From NCBI GenBank assembly GCA_964428325.1, contig CAYRXU010000001.1:42842-106841 (forward strand): a stretch of 64,000 nucleotides of DNA, written 5' to 3'. Source of the stretch: Candidatus Woesearchaeota archaeon. GTDB lineage: Archaea > Nanobdellota > Nanobdellia > Pacearchaeales > GW2011-AR1. The translations under genes were made by a program, and so were the position numbers. The notes below the pieces were generated by a model. That model ran no database searches. It worked only from the letters and a program-made list of their open reading frames with translations, and was not told where the DNA came from. Of this stretch, positions 49,957 to 60,301 are shown in pieces; position 1 is the first letter of the stretch; each line of letters opens with the position of its first letter.

Positions 49957-51158
49957 GGTTTTTCAATCTTGGCCACGCGGCTTGTAAGACCCATCGGAGC
50001 AGATTGTGAGTTTCGTGCCTTGAGATATTTACCGCCGATTATAACAAGAATTACTAAGATAAGGGCCCCAATGAGATAACCTATCCATGCCAAGCTTGAT
50101 TTTTCTGGCACCGTACATGAACCAATACAACATGAACCACTCAAAGAGGTTACTGTCGAACCAGAACATTGTTCGCCTGCTGTACAAATCTTACCGCCTA
50201 GCTCATTGCAGTAAAAGCCTTGTACGGATGCGTTTGTGGCGTTGAGCGTGGTTGCTGTTGTTTGATTATAGGAGATGCGTATAGGAATATCGAAGGACTC
50301 GTCTCCGGCTTGTACTTGGATTGAGTCATCGTAGACTGCGTTGAAATCCTTGAGAGTGACATTTACTGAAATGGATTTATTGACATCTATCGAACTGACT
50401 TTTGAAGGCGTTAATGTATAGCGAGATTCGTTATAGATGAACACTACACGATTAAGATCTTCTGTGCCGATATTACGTACGATGAAGTGTACCGAAGGTT
50501 CTCTTCCCCGGACGAAGACCTGTTCGATGCGCCTTGGAGAGATATCAACAAAGTTGGAAATTGGAGGCGTGTTGTCCACTTCTTGAGAATTGTAGACTGG
50601 AAGAGCGTAAGGACCTATCATGAAGAAAGACAAACCTGGTGTGAATGGGTTAATAGAAAACATACGGGACGTTTCTCCTGAAGGTAGAGTGAGATTTGAG
50701 TTTAGAGGTGTGCCAAGAGGAATATTCAAAGACTGATCCGCGAATGATGTAAAAGTAAGCTCAAAGTCTGTGTCTGTATATATGAGTGCAGGACGCACAT
50801 TGTAAGGCACTGAACTGTTTGTGGTGGAGAAGTTCTTCTCAAGAGTTACAAGCTGTCGCTCCCCGTTGACAGTTGTGTCAACATCACGTAAGATGAGCGT
50901 GTAGTTATTCTGGTTGCGAGGTGTGATGAAGTAAACGAAGTATCGATCACCTAACTTTTTGATATCATAGTTAACCACCGTCTGAACGTGGCCCCTGAAG
51001 AACTGAATCTGTGATGAAGATATAGGCGTGAAGACCGTGCCTTCGATTTCAACTACGACTGTTTGAGATTGGTCATATTGGCCTTCTAGGTCGAGCGTTA
51101 GAGCATGTACTGAAGGAAATACTAGCAAAAGAAGCAGACACACGAGCAATAGTCTCAT
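49953..51158 (-). CDS. Surface protein with Ig-like domains, one Cys-rich module and C-terminal TM
   Basis: Signal peptide, VRNIG Ig motif, CNELGGKICTAGEQCSG...CCIGSC, TM. Confidence 0.8.
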   Translation of the reverse strand: MRLLLVCLLLLLVFPSVHALTLDLEGQYDQSQTVVVEIEGTVFTPISSSQIQFFRGHVQTVVNYDIKKLGDRYFVYFITPRNQNNYTLILRDVDTTVNGERQLVTLEKNFSTTNSSVPYNVRPALIYTDTDFELTFTSFADQSLNIPLGTPLNSNLTLPSGETSRMFSINPFTPGLSFFMIGPYALPVYNSQEVDNTPPISNFVDISPRRIEQVFVRGREPSVHFIVRNIGTEDLNRVVFIYNESRYTLTPSKVSSIDVNKSISVNVTLKDFNAVYDDSIQVQAGDESFDIPIRISYNQTTATTLNATNASVQGFYCNELGGKICTAGEQCSGSTVTSLSGSCCIGSCTVPEKSSLAWIGYLIGALILVILVIIGGKYLKARNSQSAPMGLTSRVAKIEKP

Positions 51159-51188
51159 GGATTGATAGAATGTTTTTCTTATATAAAG

Positions 51189-53009
51189 TTATTTGCCGAT
51201 TTCACGCAGCTTCCTGAGCGTCTCTTCCATTTCTTTATCAATTCCCGAAGCTGGCTGGCGAGGTTGCATTGGCATCTGAGGACGACGCATAGGCATCACT
51301 GGAGGAGAGCTCGAAGGAGGGAATGGAGGTCTGCGTTGTTGTGATATAGGTGTTGAGGAAACTCCGCCTTGGCGTCTCTTGAATAGCCAGAGTTGGATCT
51401 TTTGGCGATAGATTATTGCTAAAGCTACAATCGCGATTAGCACGAGAAGAATGATTATCCAGATAATCCAGCTTGATCCATTTGAGGATTCTTCTGTCAA
51501 AGGTATGCAACAGACATCACCAGATAGAGAACATTGCTCACTGCTTTCAGTTTCTGTGTCTGGATCACAACTAAGACTGCATGTACCTCCTGCTTGTGAA
51601 CAAAGATCATCGTTTGTAGCGATAGGAGTACAACGTTCGAGGCAACATGAGCCATCTGCAGCTTCTCTTTCAGAACCAGAACATTGTTCGTTTGACGCAC
51701 AGATTCGACCATTGAGAGTTGAACAAAGCTCGCGTTGTGGGGCGACTGAACAGCATCTCAAGGCACCAGAACAAGCAAACTGAGAGAGAGGATTGCCGCC
51801 TGCGGTTCGGCACACTAGATCAGATTGGACACAGGCATAACCTGGATTTACGGCCAAACAGCTTTCGACAGTTCCTGAACCACTACCGGATGAACGAACA
51901 GCGCGTGGCCATCCAGCATAAAGAAGGAAAGAGGTGTCTCTAAGATTGTTGCTGTTCCAGCAACCGCTTGTACCTTGAACGTTGAATAGATATCGCTGCG
52001 CATTGGTTGTTTCAGCAATAGACTTGCCTTGAAGAGCTAGAAGAGCAAGTGCAGTATCGTAGAATTTGTTATAGGGTGTTGATGGGGCTTCCCAGAATTG
52101 AGAATTTCTCTGGGATTGGACGATAGAAGAATAGGCGTCTTGGCTTGTTGATAGCTTGTAGATGAATGCATCCGAGAGGAAGCGCTCGTTATCTGGTGAG
52201 AAGGCGATAAGGTATGGGATATATTGAGCCATATCGTGTCCTGTTTCGTCTAGAGCGAGTGCTGCCCACAAAGTACCTTCGTAATCACACTCATTGGTTT
52301 GAGCAAAGCAGCGTGATCGGATAGATTCAGTCGTAGTTCCTGAAGATGAAGCAGAATTAGCTGTTGGTGAAACGTAGATAGTATCTGAACCGCTCTTTTG
52401 GTATAGCAATGTCGTTATGAAATCCTTGTTACAAGAAATTTGGAATGATTGTGTAAGACAAGAAGGCGATATTTCGAGCCAGTAGCCGTCTGGGTTGACA
52501 TTGAGGCAACTGCCACCGTTGCCTGAAATTCGCATGTCATCTCCGATTGTTATGGATTGCTCATTGCCGGTGTAGGTTAATGTACATGTTGAAGACTCTT
52601 GATTTTGAATATCGATCTCAAGAAACCATTGCAAACCTGTTGCAGGAACACTACGTGAAAGAAGATAGTTCTCTGCGCTGTCAGTATTCTTACCAATAAG
52701 ATCGTAGGCAAGAAGTGCTTGTGCAGTGTCCCTAAGGCGACAACCTGCTTGAGGCCAGCACGTTGTGTTGCCTGACGTGCGCTTTTCAGCGTCGATTTTT
52801 TGTTCAGCTTTTGCGTTGCTGCCAAGAGCTAGTATGGAGAAGGTTGCCTCTTCAAGAGATAACTGAGCAGATGTGCGATTAGCAATTAGGTTCTCTACGC
52901 ATTGGTAGGCGCGTGAAATATGTGACTCATCAGTTTCGTTGGTTGCTGCAGCAGCAAGGGGTACAAGAGTTAAGATAAGAAACGCAAAAATCCACACACC
53001 CTTTTTCAT
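51189..53009 (-). CDS. Surface protein with alpha-toroid (prenyltransferase-repeat-like) region, three Cys-rich modules, TM and Pro-rich cytoplasmic tail
   Basis: DTAQALLA/DTALALLAL/Q..SGCWN repeats; C...GG.C...CC modules; tail RRPPFPP... Confidence 0.78.
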   Translation of the reverse strand: MKKGVWIFAFLILTLVPLAAAATNETDESHISRAYQCVENLIANRTSAQLSLEEATFSILALGSNAKAEQKIDAEKRTSGNTTCWPQAGCRLRDTAQALLAYDLIGKNTDSAENYLLSRSVPATGLQWFLEIDIQNQESSTCTLTYTGNEQSITIGDDMRISGNGGSCLNVNPDGYWLEISPSCLTQSFQISCNKDFITTLLYQKSGSDTIYVSPTANSASSSGTTTESIRSRCFAQTNECDYEGTLWAALALDETGHDMAQYIPYLIAFSPDNERFLSDAFIYKLSTSQDAYSSIVQSQRNSQFWEAPSTPYNKFYDTALALLALQGKSIAETTNAQRYLFNVQGTSGCWNSNNLRDTSFLLYAGWPRAVRSSGSGSGTVESCLAVNPGYACVQSDLVCRTAGGNPLSQFACSGALRCCSVAPQRELCSTLNGRICASNEQCSGSEREAADGSCCLERCTPIATNDDLCSQAGGTCSLSCDPDTETESSEQCSLSGDVCCIPLTEESSNGSSWIIWIIILLVLIAIVALAIIYRQKIQLWLFKRRQGGVSSTPISQQRRPPFPPSSSPPVMPMRRPQMPMQPRQPASGIDKEMEETLRKLREIGK

Positions 53010-53041
53010 TAACTTCCTATGTCGGGATTGTTTAAAAAGAT

Positions 53042-54646
53042 TTAGTCATGCTCGGGGCTGCGTCGAAGGAGGCGCATGACATCAACAAGAGGATTTTTTG
53101 TCTGTGCCGGCTTCTCAAGTAGGCCTAGATCCTTGTAAAAACTAGGGTTGTCATAGTTAGGAGGGAGTATCTTCCTTGTCTGTCTGAAGTGCCATTGGAG
53201 TTGACTTTTGACGTAACCTTCCTTGAGAGGAGGGGCGTTTCTCTCATTCCACTCGTAAACACGCTTCTCGATGTCGACGTCTGGAATGTTGAGTGCTCGC
53301 AGAAAGGTGATTAGTATGAACAATCCCCTCTTTCTTCCCTCTGATAGACCGCGTAAGAGTTTTTTGATGGCTGCAGGGAAGTGATCTTCGGTGACACCCT
53401 TGAGTAACTCAATATCTCGCTCGCTCATCTGCACAGATTGCGTGCCTTGAGTAGCAACCGATTCACGCTGTGGCTTGTCTGCATCTTGCTTACGTTTCCA
53501 AGCAAGTGCAGTCTGAAGGAGGAGTGTTGCCTCGCCGCGTACAGCATTTGGGTAGTAAGGTAGAATCTGAGCCGTAAGAGGATCTGCTTTTTTCGGGGTA
53601 AATGAGGCAATGTCTTCTTTTTTGATAACTACGCTTGCAAGAGAAGTTTTTTCATGTAGTGAGTAAGGCATACGAAATAAGTGGCGAGGAGAAACTAGTA
53701 CGAAGTCCAGGGAGCCCAGATTCTCAAGGAACATCTGTTCTGTTACTGAAGCTGTTGCCTGCTTTTGACTATATACTACCTTATTAGACGAATCTGCCTG
53801 CTTATTGAGTGAAGAGGTATTACATTTAGGGCATTTAACAAACTCTCTTTCATTGACAAGGTTGAAAAAACCCGAACACACTGGGTCGATACATCTAAGC
53901 TTGCGTTTAGTGATTTTGACATCTGGTCTTTCGTAGCGCGTTCTACAACGGTCACACTCAAAAGTCATCATAACATGCTTCTCCATCACAGAATTGCATA
54001 TATCGCATGTTGCCTGAACTAGTTCGTCTTTAGTGACCTTGGTGCGGCGCTCAATTGCCTTAAAGTCGATGCCAAGATTGGCAAGATGTCTATTGTATGC
54101 AGGCTTAATCTCTTGCAGCAAGAATTCAGTTATCGCTCTAGGCCATTCTGGAAACATAGTGCGCGTTTGTGTACCTTCAAATACCTCGGGAAATGCAGTC
54201 CAAGGAACAATTATGTGTAATCCCTTACTGCCAGAGTATTTGATCCCATAATTTTTGATACCATATCTTTCGAGTAGTTCGATAAGTAGCTCGCCTGCAA
54301 GTTTAGAATAATCTAGATACGGGGAGTCGATATCTAAAAGTAGATCCCAGCCTTCGCGCAGGTCGTCGAACGCTGGGCGCTGCATATCGGTGTTGAGTTG
54401 TAGTGGATCGCGCCAGATTTCTTCAGAAGCGTGAAAGGATGTTGCGCCTTTCTGGACAAGAGCCATTATATCTGCAGGATAGGTTATTGCATCGGGGCGT
54501 TTGCCGAATCCTTCAAAGTAACGTGGTACGGTTTCTCTTCGGTTTGCAAATTCAAAAAGAGCCTTCTGGACTTCAGGTTTAGAGTAATAGATATGAGTGA
54601 TAGAACGTATGCGCAACTCGTTTGGAGAGACCTCATTTTCAGCCAT
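53042..54646 (-). CDS. priSL: Fused PriS-PriL DNA primase (DPANN type) with zinc-ribbon insertion
   Basis: WDLLLDID, SGSKGLH, RHLFRMPYSLHEKT; C-terminal GRKR.LF...WN..N..PL...PPN...KNP domain. Confidence 0.92.
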   Translation of the reverse strand: MAENEVSPNELRIRSITHIYYSKPEVQKALFEFANRRETVPRYFEGFGKRPDAITYPADIMALVQKGATSFHASEEIWRDPLQLNTDMQRPAFDDLREGWDLLLDIDSPYLDYSKLAGELLIELLERYGIKNYGIKYSGSKGLHIIVPWTAFPEVFEGTQTRTMFPEWPRAITEFLLQEIKPAYNRHLANLGIDFKAIERRTKVTKDELVQATCDICNSVMEKHVMMTFECDRCRTRYERPDVKITKRKLRCIDPVCSGFFNLVNEREFVKCPKCNTSSLNKQADSSNKVVYSQKQATASVTEQMFLENLGSLDFVLVSPRHLFRMPYSLHEKTSLASVVIKKEDIASFTPKKADPLTAQILPYYPNAVRGEATLLLQTALAWKRKQDADKPQRESVATQGTQSVQMSERDIELLKGVTEDHFPAAIKKLLRGLSEGRKRGLFILITFLRALNIPDVDIEKRVYEWNERNAPPLKEGYVKSQLQWHFRQTRKILPPNYDNPSFYKDLGLLEKPAQTKNPLVDVMRLLRRSPEHD

Positions 54647-54747
54647 AGCTCGGGAAACATCACCCTCTTTTTATGGTTTGTTGTGCATGTCTAAAGACGG
54701 CTTTTCATTACAACAAAGCTTAAAAGTATCCGATATGAGGCATTAAT

Positions 54748-55476
54748 ATGTTGTTAAAATTGGATGATGCTCGCTTTTTTGGGACACTTGTAGGAATCAT
54801 TTCTGAACTTGTTACAGAAGTTAGACTTAAAGTAACAAAAGATGGTATGCGGCTCGTTGCTCTTGACCCTGCTAATGTTGCAATGGTGCACTTCCATATT
54901 CCTGCTGAGCTCTTCTCACAGTTTCACCTTGACAAGGAACAGATATTAGGAGTAAATCTTGATAATCTCAATTCTGTATTGCGCAGATGTAGTCTGGGAA
55001 GCTCCCTGATCTTGGCAAGAGAGGAAAATACACTCAAAATTACTATTCAGGACAAGATCAAACGCGATTTCACTTTGGCGCTTATTAGCGTTGAAGGCGA
55101 AGATCGGGAATTGCCTCACTGGGAATTCAAGAGTGTGATAAAGATGGATGCTCAGACATTCGTGGAAGTTGTAGAAGACTGCCTTGTAGTGTCTGATGCA
55201 TGCACTTTTTCTGCAGAACAGAATAAGTTCACTGTCGAAGCCAGAGGATTGAACTCGGCAAAAGTAGAATTCTCAAGTGATGAAGTAGAGATTTATTCTG
55301 ATGTGAGCAGTGCACGCTTTTCCCTAGAATACTTGAGCAAGTTCGTCAAGGGTGCAAAGATTGCAAACAAGGTAGAGATCAACTTCTCAGACAATCATCC
55401 TATGCGCATCAACTTCCCGACTGGAAAGGTTATGCTTTCTTTTGTTCTAGCTCCTCGCATTGAGCAGGATGATTAA
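54748..55476 (+). CDS. pcn: PCNA sliding clamp
   Basis: ALDPANVAMV, FSLEYL, HPMRI, LAPRIE. Confidence 0.96.
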   Translation: MLLKLDDARFFGTLVGIISELVTEVRLKVTKDGMRLVALDPANVAMVHFHIPAELFSQFHLDKEQILGVNLDNLNSVLRRCSLGSSLILAREENTLKITIQDKIKRDFTLALISVEGEDRELPHWEFKSVIKMDAQTFVEVVEDCLVVSDACTFSAEQNKFTVEARGLNSAKVEFSSDEVEIYSDVSSARFSLEYLSKFVKGAKIANKVEINFSDNHPMRINFPTGKVMLSFVLAPRIEQDD

Positions 55477-55576
55477 TCTTTCTTAGACCTCTTTGATTTT
55501 CTTATTTGCATAAATCGAGAGTATTACTTTGTATTATCAGATAGATTTAATAAGATAAAGTATATTTTGTAATATA

Positions 55577-55723
55577 ATGAAAGAGAGAGTTTCTGCAACT
55601 ATAGACCCTGTCACAAGTAAAGTGCTGAAAGATATTCTCAAAAAAGGAAGATATCGCAACCAGTCGCATATTATCGAGGAAGCCATCAAACTACTCGTGG
55701 AGAGGGAGAAACATGAGAAGTAA
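55577..55723 (+). CDS. Ribbon-helix-helix (CopG/MetJ-like) regulator, 48 aa
   Basis: Below the ORF-track cut-off: MKERVSATIDPVTSKVLKDILKKGRYRNQSHIIEEAIKLLVEREKHEK; overlaps the next gene. Confidence 0.8.
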   Translation: MKERVSATIDPVTSKVLKDILKKGRYRNQSHIIEEAIKLLVEREKHEK

Positions 55724-56477
55724 CAGGGGCCAGATAGCAATCTTCGTTATTGCTTCGCTTATCATTGTGGCTATGATTGTTATTGTGTTGATTGCTCGTG
55801 GTGGGCCTAACATTCCCCTCCCTGGAGAAGCGTTCAGTCCAGATAGCTATCTTTCATCGTGTGTACGAGACGTTGTTAATACTGAGAGTGCAGTTATGAT
55901 GAAACAAGGAGGATTTGTTGACCCAAGAGATTATGCAAGTTATAATAACGAAAAAGTTGCTTATGTTTGTAAGAACGTTAACTATTATGAACCATGCGTA
56001 AATCAGTACCCTCGTTATGTTGAGTCTGTACGACTTGAGCTTCTAAGAAATGTGAAGGAGCAAGTTAAGACTTGCCTCGATGCGCTTGATGCTGAACTTC
56101 AAAGACAACAATATAATGTTGAGCGTGTGCCTGACCCTGTTGTCCGTGTAGATTTGCAGGAAGATAATGTTGTTGTTGAAAGCGAGGTGGCTATGACCCT
56201 GGCCAAGAGAGGAGTTAGCCAGCAATATGACACTCTAAGCACTAAAGTGCGCGTGCCTCTCTTTAATCTAGCAACAGTGGCTAATGAAATTGTACGGCAA
56301 GAGAGCGAATTCTGTTACTTTTCTAATGAAGGCTTCAGCTTACTCTATCCTGATTTCGATATACGAAGGGATATGTTACAAGAAGGTACAAAGATATATA
56401 CGATAAAGCATACTGTCAGTGAAAGTGTTATGAATATCGCCATACGTGGTTGCGTTATACCGCAGGGAGTTGGATAA
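55713..56477 (+). CDS. Class III signal peptide (pilin-like) protein A1
   Basis: NRG-QIAIFVIASLII; SCV, QGG, Y.C...YEPC, YPD; paralog of 60301. Confidence 0.8.
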   Translation: MRSNRGQIAIFVIASLIIVAMIVIVLIARGGPNIPLPGEAFSPDSYLSSCVRDVVNTESAVMMKQGGFVDPRDYASYNNEKVAYVCKNVNYYEPCVNQYPRYVESVRLELLRNVKEQVKTCLDALDAELQRQQYNVERVPDPVVRVDLQEDNVVVESEVAMTLAKRGVSQQYDTLSTKVRVPLFNLATVANEIVRQESEFCYFSNEGFSLLYPDFDIRRDMLQEGTKIYTIKHTVSESVMNIAIRGCVIPQGVG

Positions 56478-59400
56478 TGAAAAAGACGATTGCGTGGGGC
56501 GAAATGTTTTTGCTTGTTTGTGCTAGTCTTGCTTTCGCTTACATTGTACATGAGAGCGATAGTGCATTTGGAAGCGCCATCCCCGTGAGAGAGGAGAGCG
56601 AACTGGTGAAGATCTTGCGAGCCGCATTTATCGGTTTATTTTCATATGGCCTTGTATCTGCAGCCGATGAAGGATTATGGACGTGCCCTCAGAATACCGA
56701 TGGGACTTTGTGTCAAGAGTACCCTGCGCAAGTTTGCAATTCAGTGTGCGGGGGTACGTGTTTCCCAGGATTAAGACGGGACTTTGCTGATTGCGCTCTT
56801 GGAACATGTATAGATCCTGCGCAAGGAACATGCTTAGGAAGTACGCCTCGTGCAGCATGTACGGCGCAGGGTGGACAGTGGGACTCTCGTGCCGTGACTG
56901 AAATAGCAAGTTGCCGTCCAGGATGTTGTGTTGGGGCAGACCAAGCACTCTTCAGGACAGAGCAACAATGTAACGTATTGCGTTCAAGTTTGGGCATACC
57001 TTTTGAATTTAGGCCCGTGACAAGCGAGCTTGCATGTCTTGCACTTGCCAAACCTAAGGAAGAAGGTGCTTGTGTACTCAATACTCAAAACGAAGAAGGT
57101 AAATATGCTTGCGTGTTTACAACGCGAGAGAGTTGTAATAGCCGTGGGGGAACGATGTACGGAGGTATGCTCTGTTCAAATCCTCAGCTTAACACATCTT
57201 GTACGCGACAAGCGCGAACATCATGTATGCCTGGAAAAGATGAAGTTTACTGGCTAGACTCCTGCGGTAATCGAGAAAACATTTATGATATCAATCGGGT
57301 GCAGAGTTGGAATAGTGGCCTTGTGCTTGCTAAAAACGCGAGCTGTGTACTTGGCTCTGTTGTTAACCCTATAACGCATCAAGCATCTTGTGGTAATTGC
57401 AATTATCTTGGAGGAAGTAAGTGCGGCACACCTACAAGTAAAGACGCTAAACCTTCTATCGGGAATTACGTTTGTCGCGATCTTTCATGTGTGGATGAAA
57501 CAGGAGCAAAGCGAAAGAATGGCGAAAGCTGGTGTTCATTTGAAAGCAAGATTGGAGTCGAAGGTACAGGCAATGCATTACGCAGCGTTGATGTTCCCGG
57601 AAGCGAGCATTCTCGTAAGGTTTGTTTGAATGGAGAAGTGCGAACAGAGCCATGTGGTAGTGCACGTAATGGTATTTGCGTTGAAAATCGAGACGAACAG
57701 ATAAAATTCTCTTCTGCTGCCTGTCGCGCTAACCAGTGGCAGTTATGCGTTGAAGCGAATAATGCGGCAGATGGTATCGATGACCCTGTTGCTGCGGCTG
57801 CTGCGGTAAAAGATGCATGTGAAGAACATACTGATTGTGTGTTGAAGGGAATTGATTTGACTGGGGGAAGAGGAACGTTTAAGTTCAATGTATGTACTCC
57901 TCGCTATCCGCCCGGATTCGATTCGCAGAGCGACGCTGGTGTTGAAAATGCCAAACAGTTGTGTGGTCTTGCTACTGCTGAGTGCAAGTATGTGACTGTG
58001 AAGGGTCTATTTGGCAGCGGCAAGAAATACAACGTTGTGTGCAACCAACCTGCTGGAGCAGAAGCGATGAACAATCTCTGTATGAGTCTTGGTGATTGTG
58101 GGGCTAGCGCTAACGTTGAAGGCGATGTTACAACCTCGGGATTCAAAGTTAAGTCTAATCGTGGACAACCGCCGGCTCTTAGTACAGCTTACACAAACGC
58201 ACTCAAGTTACTTGCAACGCCTGTTCGAGGACAGAAAGTTGCTCCGTTGAGCGAGGGTGAGCTGACAGAACTATTCGGATTGCAAAATCAAGTTGGAGAT
58301 CCGCAGAGTAGTTCGGGACAGGGTGCGCAGTTGCAGCAGCTTGCCATGATCAGCGGTGCGCTTGGGGCTCTTGCGGCCTATGGGGCTTACAGCGGATGGG
58401 GCTCGAGCGTATTCGTTACAAGTCAAACATTGCCTGCAGGGTTTGTCGGACCTCCCGCCCCTATTATGCTTAACGCGTTTGTCGGAGCAGCTGCAGGTGC
58501 GCTTATTGGCGCTGCAGGCGTGGCATATCTTCTCAATGCGTTAGGTATCAGCGAAGGTCTGCCTCCTGCAGTCACTTACGCGCTTATAGCAGGAGGAGCG
58601 TTTGGAGGATATGCCCTCGGAGGTAATCTAGTATCAAGTTCTTTCGCGAGTAGTACGTTTGGAGTTGGACTTACAACAGGGATTATTGCCATTGTTGTGA
58701 TAATTGTCATTATTGCAATTTTCGCATTCTTGGGCATCGGTAAGAAAAAGGAGACCAAGATAACCTATCAGTGTTTGCCATGGCAGCCACCTATTGGAGG
58801 AGCGAAGTGTGGTGAATGTGGTGCTGATGGAAAACCATGTACGCAGTATCAATGTCATAGTCTAGGACAGGCATGCAAGTATGTAGCAAATAGCGCAGAA
58901 GGTTCGTGCGTGAACAGTGCGCCAAATGATGTTCTTGCACCATTTATATCTCCTGACGCAAGTGTGCTGCTTTCTGGTTATCGTTATGAACAAGTATCCG
59001 AAAGAGGATTTATACTCAAGAGCGGGGCGTCAGATGGATGCGTGCCGCGCTATACGAACATCAAAGTCGGTATAAGTGTAAATGAACTCTCGCAGTGTAA
59101 ATTCTCAAATGTACATACTGATAATTATGATAGTATGCCTTCATACTTCCATGCGCCTAATGGACGTGAAGAAAATGCATTCAGGCGTAATCATACCTTG
59201 AGCTTCAATATCATGGGCGAGGAACTGATTGACGCAGAGCAGCAGCTTGATGCTGAATTTGATGATGAAGAAGGAGAGTCTGCATTACATTTGAATGAAT
59301 TGTTCGCTCCCGATCAGAGCGGGAATGTTAATCTCTACGTCAGATGTATCGATGTAAATGGGAATGGAAAGACAAGTGCGGAGTACAACATTAATTTCTG

Positions 59401-60301
59401 CGCCTCTCAGGGGCCGGATAGAACCGCTCCTGCAATAAACGGTTTCATTCCAGCCACTCCAGCTTATAGCTCGTATAATGCGACTGAACAGAAAGTCTCG
59501 TTCTTTACTAACGAACCTGCTGAATGTAAGTGGGACACACAAGATAGCGCATATGAAAATATGATGCAAAGTGCAAGTTGCGCTAATGTCGCTGCAGATG
59601 CGACTCCAAGCGGATGGTATTGTAATGCAACATTGCCGCTGTCATTCGCAGGGACAGATCAAGAGACATTCTACTTCCGATGTATGGACCAACCTTTTGC
59701 TAACGCAACTGACAGGAACACTAACCAGCAAGGCACAAGTTATATTGTGAGAAAGACACTTACGCCGCTACGAATTGTAAGTGTTGATCCTCAGAATAAG
59801 GATATTGTAACTAACGGTCTTCCTGCGATTACAGATCTCAAGGTAACAACAGGTGGTGGTGCGCCTGGTACGACGCGACAGTGTGAATTCCAGTTTGGAG
59901 ATAGATATATTCCATTCTTTGAGACAGGCAGCGACAATCACAGGCAGCCTAATCTAAGATTCTTCAATGTAGGAGCATATAATATCCCTATACGCTGTAC
60001 CGATAGTGCAGGCAATAGTGTGACAGGCAACTCACAGTTCAACATAAGCGTAGATAGCATGGGGCCACGCATAACGCGCGTTTACAACAATAACGGGCTC
60101 GTCGTTGTGACGAATGAGAATGCTCGTTGCGCATATTCGCTTTCAAGTTGTAGTTTCGCATTTGTAAATGGAACATTAATGAGCGGAGAGTCGCGAGTGC
60201 ATAGCAGTTCGCTCAGCGGAGATTCTACTCAGTATGTCATATGCCGAGACAGATTTGAAAACCCAAGTGCATGTGTTGCCGTACGGAAGGGAGGACTTTA
60301 A
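56477..60301 (+). CDS. Giant Cys-rich surface protein with central Gly-rich hydrophobic region and C-terminal Ig-like domains
   Basis: TAATG-coupled start; dozens of Cys; about 135-aa GxxxG-rich hydrophobic block; CLPWQPP; repeated TNE.A.C Ig modules. Confidence 0.85.
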   Translation: MKKTIAWGEMFLLVCASLAFAYIVHESDSAFGSAIPVREESELVKILRAAFIGLFSYGLVSAADEGLWTCPQNTDGTLCQEYPAQVCNSVCGGTCFPGLRRDFADCALGTCIDPAQGTCLGSTPRAACTAQGGQWDSRAVTEIASCRPGCCVGADQALFRTEQQCNVLRSSLGIPFEFRPVTSELACLALAKPKEEGACVLNTQNEEGKYACVFTTRESCNSRGGTMYGGMLCSNPQLNTSCTRQARTSCMPGKDEVYWLDSCGNRENIYDINRVQSWNSGLVLAKNASCVLGSVVNPITHQASCGNCNYLGGSKCGTPTSKDAKPSIGNYVCRDLSCVDETGAKRKNGESWCSFESKIGVEGTGNALRSVDVPGSEHSRKVCLNGEVRTEPCGSARNGICVENRDEQIKFSSAACRANQWQLCVEANNAADGIDDPVAAAAAVKDACEEHTDCVLKGIDLTGGRGTFKFNVCTPRYPPGFDSQSDAGVENAKQLCGLATAECKYVTVKGLFGSGKKYNVVCNQPAGAEAMNNLCMSLGDCGASANVEGDVTTSGFKVKSNRGQPPALSTAYTNALKLLATPVRGQKVAPLSEGELTELFGLQNQVGDPQSSSGQGAQLQQLAMISGALGALAAYGAYSGWGSSVFVTSQTLPAGFVGPPAPIMLNAFVGAAAGALIGAAGVAYLLNALGISEGLPPAVTYALIAGGAFGGYALGGNLVSSSFASSTFGVGLTTGIIAIVVIIVIIAIFAFLGIGKKKETKITYQCLPWQPPIGGAKCGECGADGKPCTQYQCHSLGQACKYVANSAEGSCVNSAPNDVLAPFISPDASVLLSGYRYEQVSERGFILKSGASDGCVPRYTNIKVGISVNELSQCKFSNVHTDNYDSMPSYFHAPNGREENAFRRNHTLSFNIMGEELIDAEQQLDAEFDDEEGESALHLNELFAPDQSGNVNLYVRCIDVNGNGKTSAEYNINFCASQGPDRTAPAINGFIPATPAYSSYNATEQKVSFFTNEPAECKWDTQDSAYENMMQSASCANVAADATPSGWYCNATLPLSFAGTDQETFYFRCMDQPFANATDRNTNQQGTSYIVRKTLTPLRIVSVDPQNKDIVTNGLPAITDLKVTTGGGAPGTTRQCEFQFGDRYIPFFETGSDNHRQPNLRFFNVGAYNIPIRCTDSAGNSVTGNSQFNISVDSMGPRITRVYNNNGLVVVTNENARCAYSLSSCSFAFVNGTLMSGESRVHSSSLSGDSTQYVICRDRFENPSACVAVRKGGL

